This document shows positions 45,318-54,249 of a stretch of 54,475 nucleotides of DNA, one piece after another (position 1 is the stretch's first letter; each line of letters begins with the position of its first letter). Source of the stretch: an uncultured Planctomycetia bacterium (lineage in GTDB: Bacteria; Omnitrophota; Gorgyraeia; 1-14-0-20-64-10); assembly GCA_964373805.1 (NCBI GenBank), contig CAYJWF010000009.1, positions 1-54,475 on the forward strand, given 5' to 3'. The notes under the pieces were generated by a model. It ran no database searches, was not told where the DNA came from, and was given only the letters and a program-made list of their open reading frames with translations. Both the position numbers and the translations under genes were made by a program.

Positions 45318-48300
45318 TTACGCAGCTTGGAAATAACCTTGGGTTGTCTCGACGGCCCGCTCGAATTCCCTCACCGGCACCGGAAGGATCCCCATCTCCT
45401 CGAGCCCCGCGAGCAAATCCCTCAACCAATGGGGTCGGTCCTCCACCAGGTAGGGATGGAAACCGGGAAACTCCTGCTGAGCTCTCACAAGGGCTTCGGA
45501 GACACTCAAACCTTGATCGAGTCGCCAAATCCGGTACCGATTCGGATCGATGGAGAGACTCTCCATGAGGATCTGAACCTGCTCCAGGCCAGCCTGTGAG
45601 TCGACGAGAGCAATGAGAGGCTGCCTTGCGAGCCTGGCCACAAAGGGAATCCCTGAAAAAGTTCCCTTTCCATTCAAGACCGGTAAAATCCCTCCAGTGA
45701 CCCCCGCATACCTCGGCGTCGCCACCACATCCTTCCACACCTGCGCCACCTTCTGGAGAGTACTCTCCTCCAAGCCAGCGGCCTCGGGGTGGGACTGGAA
45801 GCTTAACCGCTGAAGGAAGGAGGTCAGGTCACCCTTCGTTGTGTCATCGCCCACTAAACGACTGTAATTAAACCCAGTTCGAATAGACCACCGTTCAAGC
45901 CCTTTCATGTTCTCGGTCGGTTCCAGGCGGAAGACCTTAACAAGACTCCCAATCACCGCAGAGGCGCGGAAGGCTCGTCCCCAGGTAACCTCTTTTTGTT
46001 GGGGGCTAGCTGACTTAAGTTTCTCCAGATGGTACCCGGCCAATCGATCCAAGGCAGTCCCCACCTGCGGATCGGGCCTTCCATCCTCTCCTTGAACCAA
46101 CTGAGCGGCAACCCACCAGGCGTGCGCTTCCTCCAGAAGAATCACCAACCACTGAAGGTTTTCGGGGGGGTTCAAGTTCCCATAGTCTCTACAAGGAAAT
46201 CGAAGCCCATTGAAATAGGGATGCCGCACTCCATCCTGGAGTGGCTGAACTAAGTTCGCCTTGAGAAAACTACCGAAGGGGATCTTTTTTGCAATATCAG
46301 CCGCGAACAAGGCATGACCAAGCTCATGCGCCACTATCGGAACAAGCTCATCTTCCCTCAAGGGGACAGCGAGGTTGACTCTTAATACATGGACCAGTCC
46401 GTCCTCGTTTGTCTCGGGCGCTTCACGATTTGGGTCGTAGTCAAGACCGTAGCTTCTAAGATCGCCGCTATAAGATAAAGAATCCGCAATGAGCGTCTCT
46501 ATCCCAGGAATTGGCACGTGGACATCTGGATCGAAGTCGAAGGCAATTCTGGCGATTCGGCGGTGAATCCCGTACTGTTCTCGTAATCTCTTTAACAGAC
46601 CTCCGATCACAGCTTGAATCTTGTCCGACCTTTTAACGCTTTCCATCAATAACGTTCGAAACCGACCTTCCCACTCCTCGGGTTTCTCAGAGGCGATGTG
46701 TTCAAAGAATGCACGGCGATTAAAACCCATCCTATCGTTGCGGAAGACAAACTTAGACCCCTGCTCCCTCGCCCAAAAATCGAGCCACATGAAAAGTTGA
46801 TCGGCCGTCGGCAAGGACCCTCCACTGGGAAAGGATTTCTGTACCTTCTTGATAATAAATTCCTCCGCAGAGGGCCCGTTCGTCGGCTCCTCCAGGCCAG
46901 TGCGGTCCACCTTCCACCGATCTTTTGGTTGAATGGGCGGTTCGGGCCGGAGGATAATCTTAAGCTCTCCCTTCTCCGGAGTGAAATTAACGGCCGCTCG
47001 GATCTCTCCTCTATCCCACCCAGCAACCCCTATTCGAGCCACCCTTTCCAGATCGCGATACAGAGAACGATAAGGAGCTCTTGCCCAACGCAGAAAAGAT
47101 CCTCTTTTGAGCGAGACAGGGAAGCGAATCTCAGTGGACGTCGCCTCGCGTGACCAGGCACTCATCAACTGTTGGTCGGTTATCCCCCGAGGTGGCCCAT
47201 TCACCTTGAAGGGGTCCGTTTCCCACCCGTCCAGTGTATTCACGAGAGCCACGACCACATCCAGAGTTTCCCTTCCCGATTTCCTTCCCAACCGAATGGC
47301 TTGGCTCATGCATCGCCGAAGGTCTTTCACAGCTTCCCCCAAAGGTTTCCATCCCAAGCTAGGCCAGCGGCGAAGTTTGAAAAAGAAGGCGTTGGACTGC
47401 CCCTTCTCTTCCAATTTAACCTGTAGTCCCACGTTCGGCTTACGAACTGCTTCTATCTCTAACCCCAAAATAGAGATCACCGTGCCTCGAAAGACATCGG
47501 AGCTCCATAGTCTCGGCTTTACCCGTATAAACGTTGGAACCACACCCCGTTCACCGAAGGTTACGGTCCAATCCTCTCCACGTGACAAATATTTAGCCAC
47601 GACACCCTCTACTCCTCCCTTAGGGGTAACCCTCAGCAGAGCATACTCCCTGTCAGGCTTCTCGACTGAAACAAGCAGGAGAGGTTCTCCAACCGTTACC
47701 TCAATGAAACCTTTCCGCTTGCGGCTATCCACACTGAGCTGCTCAAGACTACCCACATCGTACTCTTCGTACTCCTCCAGTCCGGTGGTGGAGGAGGGCC
47801 GTTTGACGGCTCGCTCCGCATCGGTAAAGAAGAGGTTCCCATAAACCTGCTCGAGAAGCTCCATGCTACGGACAGCGGGGTGCCCTTCCCCTTCCCTGAG
47901 GAAACGAAGGAACTCCTCCATCGTGAGTTTTCCCGTCTCAACAACGAGCTTGGTGGTGACCCATTTGGCCAAATTCATCTCTTCTGGCTTTAGGCCAAGC
48001 TCGGATGGATCATTCGCCTGGCGCTCCATGTTCCCAAGGAAGGAAAGAAACGTGGCATAGGCCAGATCTGGATTTTTCCGTTCAAGGTGAATTCTGATCG
48101 CAGAAATCGCTCCACCTAATCTGCCGGCAAGGGTCCGAATAGAAAGATCCAGGAGCTTCTGTTCCGATTCGGATCGAGCGGGGCTCGGGGTCCATTGGTC
48201 ATACAACGTGGTGCCTGGCTTTAAAATCGCCTTGACGACGAGTTGGTCGGCGTCGGGATTCATTCGAAGGTCCTGTTTTTCCCGAAGTTGAGCATAGGCA

Positions 48301-49136
48301 TAATCCTGTGCATAGCGACGCATCTCCTGGCGGAGGGACACTTCACTTAACTCGGGAACGACCTGTTTCCAGGAGAGCCTGAATTCAGAAGCGGCCAAAA
48401 AAGACAAGAGGTGGAACTGAAGTTCTCGGAACGTGGCTGGGAGGTCCTCTGGGAGACTCGTCAGCAAAGATCCATAGGACTTCAATAGGAGGGGATCCTC
48501 CCTCGCCCCTTGAGGATCAAGAAAGCCTAACCGACCAATAGCCATCTGATGTTCATATTCCGGATGCTGCTCCTCTGGACCTCGAAACGGCTCGATCTCG
48601 GCCATCCAGATCTCCGTATCCAAATACCGCTCCGGCCTCCATGTTCCTTCTCGAATGGAGCTGTAAAAAAACTGAGGCCCTCCTCCGTCAAAACGATAGG
48701 AAAATATCCGTCCCGTAGGAAGGTAGACTTTCCAAAGAAGTTCTTCGAGGAAGCCAGCGACCCTTTCTGGATCGGTTCTGAGCAACTCTCCGATGGGAAA
48801 TCTCTTTCCGAACTGTGGATTGATTTTCTGAGCCAATCCTGCAACGATCCGAAAATCGACCGGTGTATTCGGAGCCAGAGGGGCAAGTGCAGTCTGAATT
48901 TCCTTGGTCAAAAGTTGAAAGCGATCGAGACTGGGATCGGCCTGCTCCACGTTCAGCTCCGGCGGCCGCCCCTCCAGCCCGGCGGCTGGGGTCAAGGCCT
49001 CCTGAATCTCCTCTTCCAAGCCGGCGCTCTCGGTAGGGCTAAGCGGGTGAAGCGCCAAGACAGGGTCGGGCAAGATTAGCCCTAGGGTTAGCCAAAGGGC
49101 CGAGATTTGGGAGAAAACAAGGGATGGTTTCATCAT
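45318..49136 (-). CDS. Large modular secreted hypothetical protein with repeated GLEE motifs; contains an HExxH metallopeptidase-like module
   Basis: 1272 aa; signal-like SALWLTLGLILPDPVLA; x-G-L-E-[E/Q/G] at aa 38, 52, 451, 746, 1120, 1182, 1243; VAHELGHAL and LLEEAHAW. Confidence 0.85.
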   Translation of the reverse strand: MMKPSLVFSQISALWLTLGLILPDPVLALHPLSPTESAGLEEEIQEALTPAAGLEGRPPELNVEQADPSLDRFQLLTKEIQTALAPLAPNTPVDFRIVAGLAQKINPQFGKRFPIGELLRTDPERVAGFLEELLWKVYLPTGRIFSYRFDGGGPQFFYSSIREGTWRPERYLDTEIWMAEIEPFRGPEEQHPEYEHQMAIGRLGFLDPQGAREDPLLLKSYGSLLTSLPEDLPATFRELQFHLLSFLAASEFRLSWKQVVPELSEVSLRQEMRRYAQDYAYAQLREKQDLRMNPDADQLVVKAILKPGTTLYDQWTPSPARSESEQKLLDLSIRTLAGRLGGAISAIRIHLERKNPDLAYATFLSFLGNMERQANDPSELGLKPEEMNLAKWVTTKLVVETGKLTMEEFLRFLREGEGHPAVRSMELLEQVYGNLFFTDAERAVKRPSSTTGLEEYEEYDVGSLEQLSVDSRKRKGFIEVTVGEPLLLVSVEKPDREYALLRVTPKGGVEGVVAKYLSRGEDWTVTFGERGVVPTFIRVKPRLWSSDVFRGTVISILGLEIEAVRKPNVGLQVKLEEKGQSNAFFFKLRRWPSLGWKPLGEAVKDLRRCMSQAIRLGRKSGRETLDVVVALVNTLDGWETDPFKVNGPPRGITDQQLMSAWSREATSTEIRFPVSLKRGSFLRWARAPYRSLYRDLERVARIGVAGWDRGEIRAAVNFTPEKGELKIILRPEPPIQPKDRWKVDRTGLEEPTNGPSAEEFIIKKVQKSFPSGGSLPTADQLFMWLDFWAREQGSKFVFRNDRMGFNRRAFFEHIASEKPEEWEGRFRTLLMESVKRSDKIQAVIGGLLKRLREQYGIHRRIARIAFDFDPDVHVPIPGIETLIADSLSYSGDLRSYGLDYDPNREAPETNEDGLVHVLRVNLAVPLREDELVPIVAHELGHALFAADIAKKIPFGSFLKANLVQPLQDGVRHPYFNGLRFPCRDYGNLNPPENLQWLVILLEEAHAWWVAAQLVQGEDGRPDPQVGTALDRLAGYHLEKLKSASPQQKEVTWGRAFRASAVIGSLVKVFRLEPTENMKGLERWSIRTGFNYSRLVGDDTTKGDLTSFLQRLSFQSHPEAAGLEESTLQKVAQVWKDVVATPRYAGVTGGILPVLNGKGTFSGIPFVARLARQPLIALVDSQAGLEQVQILMESLSIDPNRYRIWRLDQGLSVSEALVRAQQEFPGFHPYLVEDRPHWLRDLLAGLEEMGILPVPVREFERAVETTQGYFQAA

Positions 49137-49144
49137 CGGTAATA

Positions 49145-49173
49145 AGGATACCCGATCCCGAGGAAGATTGCAA
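49145..49173 (-). promoter_or_regulatory. Putative promoter 8 nt upstream of the ATG of the 1272-aa gene
   Basis: TTGCAA (49168-49173)-17 bp-TATCCT (49145-49150). Confidence 0.5.
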
Positions 49174-49210
49174 ATATTATAACAAAATATTCGTTATTAC
49201 TAATTCAAGC

Positions 49211-50431
49211 TTATGCGTCGGTGAAGCCGGGAAGGCCGCTTAAGGGACGGCGTTGGGCGTTGGGGAAATAGGAGGCGAGGATCTGGTCCATGGAAAACCC
49301 CCGTTTGGCCATCCCGTAGGCCCCCCATTGGCAGAGGCCCACCCCATGGCCCCAGCCAAAGCCCTGAAAGGAAACCCGGCTCCCGTAAAAGGCCACGGTG
49401 AAGTTTAAACTCCTCAAGGAATGGGGGCCCAACAGCTCCCGGAACTTCTTGCCGGAAAGAGAAACCGACCCCAGCGTACCCTGGAGGAGAACCTCCCGGA
49501 CCCGACCGGAGCGATTCCGTTCCAACACCTGACAAGCCTGAAGATCCCCGACACCCTTGCTTTCGGATCCCAGGGCGGTGAGCAAGGCTTTGTTGGTTAA
49601 ATCGGTTTTCCACCGAAAGTGCCGCAAGTTCTTGCAGAAGGGATCGGGTCGACCCTGAAGCGGCGGAGGGTTCCCTTTGACCGCCCAGATCTCAGTGGCA
49701 TTCTCGGTATGCCCTCCGCAGTTGGCATGAAACGTCGCCGAAAGGAGTTCCCCATCGTACGCGAGTACCTGACCACGGGTGGCCTCCACCGCCTGACGCG
49801 TTCCCTCCCGCTCCACGGCGATCCCATAGTAGAGATGCGTTGCCGTGTCGGCGGTGACATCAAAAGGTCGAGCGCGCTGAATCCAAATCCGATGGGCCAC
49901 CATCGTCCGTGAAACCACCGCATGCGCCTTCAAGGCCTCCAAGGGCCAGAACGGATCCACCTCGCTCGCCAAGGCGCCGACCAGATACTCCTCGAGGGCG
50001 AGCCGATTGACAATGGTCAATTTCCCACCGGAGGTCCGATACAAGATAAGAGCCCCCCGATACGGCCTGGAATCGACCCGAATCGCCGCCGCCTCGGTTG
50101 GCTCCAATAAGACCGCCTCGGCCGGTACCGAAACAGACCCAACCTTAATTCCCGGATGACTCGCCTGCACCACCTGCCATTTCAAGCTGTTCCACTCGTG
50201 CAGGAACCTCCCGCTCTTTAACTCGGTCAACCGACAGGGCGCCAACACCGTGATCCGAGCGTTGGCCACCTCCTGAAGGATCGCCACCCGCACGATCGGC
50301 TCTTCGGCAAAGGAATCTGAGGGACAGAGAACAGGGGACAGAAAACAGAGAACAGAAAACAGAGAACAGAGGACAGACTCTCTGACTTCTGACTTCTGTT
50401 TTCTGTCCTCTGACCTCTGACCTCTAACCAC
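49211..50431 (-). CDS. SpoIID/LytB-domain protein
   Basis: YRG, VNRLALEEYLVG, EALKAHAVVSRT, FHANCGGHT, GWGHGVGLCQWGA. Confidence 0.93.
   Translation of the reverse strand: MVRGQRSEDRKQKSEVRESVLCSLFSVLCFLSPVLCPSDSFAEEPIVRVAILQEVANARITVLAPCRLTELKSGRFLHEWNSLKWQVVQASHPGIKVGSVSVPAEAVLLEPTEAAAIRVDSRPYRGALILYRTSGGKLTIVNRLALEEYLVGALASEVDPFWPLEALKAHAVVSRTMVAHRIWIQRARPFDVTADTATHLYYGIAVEREGTRQAVEATRGQVLAYDGELLSATFHANCGGHTENATEIWAVKGNPPPLQGRPDPFCKNLRHFRWKTDLTNKALLTALGSESKGVGDLQACQVLERNRSGRVREVLLQGTLGSVSLSGKKFRELLGPHSLRSLNFTVAFYGSRVSFQGFGWGHGVGLCQWGAYGMAKRGFSMDQILASYFPNAQRRPLSGLPGFTDA
50324..50430. repeat. Inverted heptamer array (ACAGRRR)n / (TCTGWYY)n forming the spoIID 5' end
   Basis: About 8 ACAGRRR units at 50324-50376, then about 7 TCTGWYY units at 50381-50430. 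Confidence 0.9.
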
Positions 50432-50437
50432 TCTGTT

Positions 50438-50653
50438 TTACCGGCGGGAAAACAGGTTGAGGAGGAGCGTAACGAGGAGGCTCAAAATCAGACAGGTGGT
50501 GAGCGGAAAAAAGAAGGTGAACCGCTGCCGCTCCATCCAGATGTCCCCCGGCAACCGGCCCCAAGGGCCAGGAAGTTTCGGGGCAAGCGAAATCATAATT
50601 CCCATGACGAGGAGGATCAAACCGGTGACAATGAGAAACCTGCCGATCGGCAT
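50438..50653 (-). CDS. DUF2905 family membrane protein
   Basis: GRLPGDI, FFFPLTTCLILS; typical position after ruvB. Confidence 0.88.
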   Translation of the reverse strand: MPIGRFLIVTGLILLVMGIMISLAPKLPGPWGRLPGDIWMERQRFTFFFPLTTCLILSLLVTLLLNLFSRR

Positions 50654-50661
50654 GGGCCGAG

Positions 50662-51717
50662 TTAAAACAATTCGGGGACAGTCCCCTTGGAGGCAGCCCT
50701 TGCTCCCAAATGTTCCCGGGCTAATTTCGTTGCCTCTCGCCCTCTGGGAGTTCGACGGAGTAATCCTCCCTTCAAGAGATACGGCTCCACCACATCCACC
50801 AAGGTATCCGATTCTTCGTTCAATGTCGCCGCCAATGCCTCCACCCCCACCGGCCCTCCCTCGTACTGTTCCAGGATCACCTTCAAAACGCGGCGATCCA
50901 TCTCGTCCAGCCCCAACGAATCGACTCCCTGAGCGTTCAAAGCGACCTGAGCCGTACTCTCTCGGATCCGTCCATCTTCCTTCACCTGGGCATAATCTCG
51001 CACCCGTCGGAGCAGCCGATTGGCCACCCGCGGAGTCCCTCGAGCCCGCCGGGCAATCTCCTCGGCTCCCTGTTGATCCAACGAGATCCCCAGGAGCCGG
51101 GCCGATCGCTCCAAGATTCGAACCAAATCCGCGGGATCGTAGAAGTTAAGGTGATGGGCCAGGCCAAATCGGGCCCTTAACGGAGAGGTCAAAAGCCCGG
51201 ATCGGGTCGTGGCCCCGATTAAGGTGAACCGTTTCAAGTTGAACTTGATCGTCTTGGCGTACGGCCCCTTGTCGATCACAAAATCGATTTGGAACTGCTC
51301 CATGGCGGGATAGAGGAACTCCTCCACCACCTTGGAGAGCCGATGGATTTCATCGATAAACAGGATGTCCCCCTCTGCTAAATTGGTCAAGATCCCGATC
51401 AGATCCCCGGCCCGTTCAATGGCCGGCCCAGAGGTGGCGGTGATCTTGGTCCCCATCTCATGGGCAACAATGTACGCCAAGGTAGTCTTTCCTAATCCTT
51501 GCGGCCCACTTAAAAGGAGGTGCTCCAACGGTTCCGATCTTTGCTGGGCCGCTTGAATGGCCACTTTCAAATTCTCTACCAACTCCGGCTGGCCCACAAA
51601 CTCGGCCAACGTCTGCGGTCTTAAGGAGAGGTTGAGGACGCGGTCCTCTTCTGTTTCCTGCTGCGTCAGGAGCACCTGCCGCGAAAAATCATCGGTTTCC
51701 TTAACCCGTTCGTCCAT
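50662..51717 (-). CDS. ruvB: Holliday junction branch migration helicase RuvB
   Basis: LRPQTLAEFVGQ, GPQGLGKTTLA, FIDEIHRL, GATTR, RGTPRVANRLL. Confidence 0.97.
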   Translation of the reverse strand: MDERVKETDDFSRQVLLTQQETEEDRVLNLSLRPQTLAEFVGQPELVENLKVAIQAAQQRSEPLEHLLLSGPQGLGKTTLAYIVAHEMGTKITATSGPAIERAGDLIGILTNLAEGDILFIDEIHRLSKVVEEFLYPAMEQFQIDFVIDKGPYAKTIKFNLKRFTLIGATTRSGLLTSPLRARFGLAHHLNFYDPADLVRILERSARLLGISLDQQGAEEIARRARGTPRVANRLLRRVRDYAQVKEDGRIRESTAQVALNAQGVDSLGLDEMDRRVLKVILEQYEGGPVGVEALAATLNEESDTLVDVVEPYLLKGGLLRRTPRGREATKLAREHLGARAASKGTVPELF

Positions 51718-52350
51718 TTACTGGTTTCTCGCCCGTTGTTTGTACACCTCGTTCAAGATCTCCTCGGCCGTCGCCAGATTCGAACTCCGGCTCAAGGCGT
51801 TCTTGATCATCCCCGAAGCCTCGTGCCGGCGGTATTGCAGCTGAAGCAAAATTTCCAGCGCCTCGGTGGCCGCGTCCGGCGCTGACCGACCTTCCGACGC
51901 GCGATCTTCCTCATCGGGAATCAGGGCGAACTTCCCCACCTTCCCCTGCAGCTTAGCCACAATCTCCTTAGCCCGCTGGGGTCCAATCCCGGGAAGGGTG
52001 CGTAGGAACTCCAGGTTCCCATCGTCGATCGCCCGCGCAATGAGAGGAATCGGCTGATTGATCGCCTTGACCGCGGCCCTTGGCCCGATCCCGGAGACGG
52101 TGATGAAGGTTACGAAGAACTCCCGTTCGATCTCGTTGGTAAAGCCGATCAGGATCGGGGTAGCTCGGGAAGGCTCCACGTGGTGATAGTGGAAGGTGAT
52201 CAACCGCACCTTTCCGTCGGTTCCGATGTGGCGGTCTAGGATACGCCCGATGGCGACGGGGATAGCGACCTCGTACGTCACGCCGTTGGTTTCGAGGAGA
52301 ATCGCGGTGTCTCTGCGTTCCACCAACGTTCCGTGAAGTCGAGAGATCAC
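51718..52350 (-). CDS. ruvA: Holliday junction branch migration protein RuvA
   Basis: MISRLHG, GVTYEV, HhH VSGIGPR and PGIGPQRA. Confidence 0.94.
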   Translation of the reverse strand: MISRLHGTLVERRDTAILLETNGVTYEVAIPVAIGRILDRHIGTDGKVRLITFHYHHVEPSRATPILIGFTNEIEREFFVTFITVSGIGPRAAVKAINQPIPLIARAIDDGNLEFLRTLPGIGPQRAKEIVAKLQGKVGKFALIPDEEDRASEGRSAPDAATEALEILLQLQYRRHEASGMIKNALSRSSNLATAEEILNEVYKQRARNQ

Positions 52351-52847
52351 GGTTCGACCCCTTTCACTCGCTCACCATGATCCAGGTCGCACAACGCGAC
52401 GGCCAGGGCGTCGCTGACATCGGCCGGCACCCGCTTGCGGCTTATCCCTAGCCGCACCTGAACCATTCGGGCGACCTGTTCCTTCGAGGCATGCCCGCGG
52501 CCCACCACCGCTTTCTTAACACGGGTAGGGAGGTAGCTCACCACCGGAATCCCCTGCAACGCCGCCTGGCTTAAGAGGACCCCGCGCACATGGCCCATCA
52601 AGAGAGCCGGTTTGGGCGTCTTGTAGAAGCTGTACAAGTCTTCGATGGCCACCCGATCCGGCCGATGCTGGAGAAGGATCGTCCGAATCTCCCGGGCCAC
52701 CGCCGCTAGACGTTTCCCTAGTGGGTCGCTGGAACTCGTACGAATCAAGCCGGCCTCCAGAAGAACAGCCGACCCCATCCCATTTTTTACTTCCAGGATA
52801 CCGTAACCGGTTTCTTTGAGGCCAGGGTCAATGCCGAGCACCCGCAT
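52347..52847 (-). CDS. ruvC: Crossover junction endodeoxyribonuclease RuvC
   Basis: MRVLGIDPG, AIED, GHASKEQV, DVSDALAVA; true start at ATG 52847 rather than the track's 52988. Confidence 0.95.
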   Translation of the reverse strand: MRVLGIDPGLKETGYGILEVKNGMGSAVLLEAGLIRTSSSDPLGKRLAAVAREIRTILLQHRPDRVAIEDLYSFYKTPKPALLMGHVRGVLLSQAALQGIPVVSYLPTRVKKAVVGRGHASKEQVARMVQVRLGISRKRVPADVSDALAVALCDLDHGERVKGVEP

Positions 52848-52853
52848 GAAAGC

Positions 52854-52882
52854 AGCATAGACCTGCGGTAAAGGAGTGTCAA
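52854..52882 (-). promoter_or_regulatory. Sigma70 promoter 6 nt before the ruvC ATG (leaderless geometry)
   Basis: TTGACA (52877-52882)-17 bp-TATGCT (52854-52859). Confidence 0.7.
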
Positions 52883-52919
52883 GGATTGCGGGATCTGGGC
52901 GCATCCTAAGTTTGTCGGT

Positions 52920-53046
52920 TGTCATTCCCGCCCTCGTTTTCACGAGGGCAGGCTCCAGCGAGAGATCCTCGCGTACGCAAGGACACAACGTGTCGTCCTC
53001 GGAATTTTTGATCGAGGATCAGATCCTCATTTTCATGAGGATGACA
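52920..53046. repeat. REP-like palindromic region
   Basis: TGTCATTC at the left end and GGATGACA at the right end; internal GCCCTCG..CGAGGGC and ATCCTCAT..ATGAGGAT hairpins. Confidence 0.6.
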
Positions 53047-53078
53047 GCCAATCGGGATGAGGGGCCCTCCGGACCGTC

Positions 53079-53189
53079 ACCCCACCACCTGATTTCCTCC
53101 CGCCACTCGAATCTGTCTCCCTACCTCGTGGTGGCGGGAGCGGCCCGCAGGGCCGATCCGCCTCCGGCGGATAAATCAGGTGGTGGGGT
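53079..53189. mobile_element. MITE-like element with 17-bp perfect terminal inverted repeats
   Basis: ACCCCACCACCTGATTT (53079-53095) / AAATCAGGTGGTGGGGT (53173-53189) enclosing three hairpins. Confidence 0.65.
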
Positions 53190-53941
53190 CACTTGGCGGC
53201 GAGGGCTAAGATCGGGTCGGGAATGTCGAAGTTCGCGTAAGCGTGAGAAACATCGTCGTGCTCTTCCAGAGAATCCATGAAGGTGAGGATCCTCTTAGCG
53301 GTCGCCTCATCGTTCACCGGAACCGTCGAAGAGGGAAGCATGGTTAACTCTGCCGATTGCCATTCGATATCGGCTTTCTGGAGGGCCTGCTTGACTGCCT
53401 CGAAATCCTTAGGGGGCGTCGTAATTTCATAGGCGACTCCACCCGATTGGAGATCTTCGGCGCCGGCGCCCACGACGATCTCCATGAGGCGATCCTCCTC
53501 GATTCGAGATTTATCGATCAAGAGATACCCTTTCTTCTGGAAGATCCAGGCCACGGAGCCAGCCCCGGCCAAGTTTCCTCCGTTTCGGCTGAAGAGGTTT
53601 CGAACCTCGGCGGTGGTCCGATTCTTGTTGTCCGTCAGGGCCTCGACTAAAACAGCCACCCCGCCGGGGGCGTACCCCTCGTAAACGACCTCTTCATAAA
53701 CGATCCCCGGCAGCTCCCCGGTTCCGCGCTTCACCGCCTTCTCGATGTTGTCCTTTGGCATGTTGGCTTCTTTGGCCTTGGCCACGGCGAGGCGCAGACG
53801 AGGATTCCCTTCGGGGCTACCGCCGCCGGCCTTGGCCGCGGCGGTGATCTCCTTGATAAGCTTGGTGAAGAGCTGGCCGCGCTTGGCATCGGCCGCGCCC
53901 TTCTTATGCTTAATGCTGGCCCACTTCGAATGTCCCGACAT
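53189..53941 (-). CDS. yebC: YebC/PmpR family protein
   Basis: MSGHSKWASIKHKKG, YEGYAPGGVA, TDNKNRT. Confidence 0.97.
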   Translation of the reverse strand: MSGHSKWASIKHKKGAADAKRGQLFTKLIKEITAAAKAGGGSPEGNPRLRLAVAKAKEANMPKDNIEKAVKRGTGELPGIVYEEVVYEGYAPGGVAVLVEALTDNKNRTTAEVRNLFSRNGGNLAGAGSVAWIFQKKGYLLIDKSRIEEDRLMEIVVGAGAEDLQSGGVAYEITTPPKDFEAVKQALQKADIEWQSAELTMLPSSTVPVNDEATAKRILTFMDSLEEHDDVSHAYANFDIPDPILALAAK

Positions 53942-54009
53942 GGCAAGGTTTTAGTATATCACGTTAGAAGGGGGTCAAACCTTTTTAGGAGTCTGACCCC
54001 CAAAGTAAA

Positions 54010-54126
54010 CCGGGCACCGACCTACTCTCCCAGGCCGTTGCCAGCCAAGTACCATCGGCCCTGCGGGGCTTAACGACCGTATTCGGAATGGGAACGGGTG
54101 TGGCCCCCGCGGTATGGGCACCCGGA
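54010..54126 (-). rRNA. rrf: 5S rRNA
   Basis: Reverse complement contains CACACCCGTTCCCATTCCGAATACGG and GATGGTACT..GGGAGAGTAGGTCG; ends approximate. Confidence 0.96.
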
Positions 54127-54249
54127 AAAGAACCTCACGTACAACTCAAAGAACAAGCTCTTCAACAACCGTCTAGGGGTTAGGTCACACCGCGCTAGTC
54201 CCCCCCTGCTTTCTTGCGAAAGCGGGGGGGACGACGCCAAGGAAAAAAC

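Noticed and set aside
52848..52988. N-terminal extension of ruvC in the ORF track
   Set aside because: It runs through the promoter and a palindromic repeat; RuvC homology begins at MRVLGIDPG.
54127..54249. Hairpin in the 23S-5S spacer as a tRNA or separate ncRNA
   Set aside because: It is a single stem-loop (about 54199-54232) with no cloverleaf, consistent with spacer structure.
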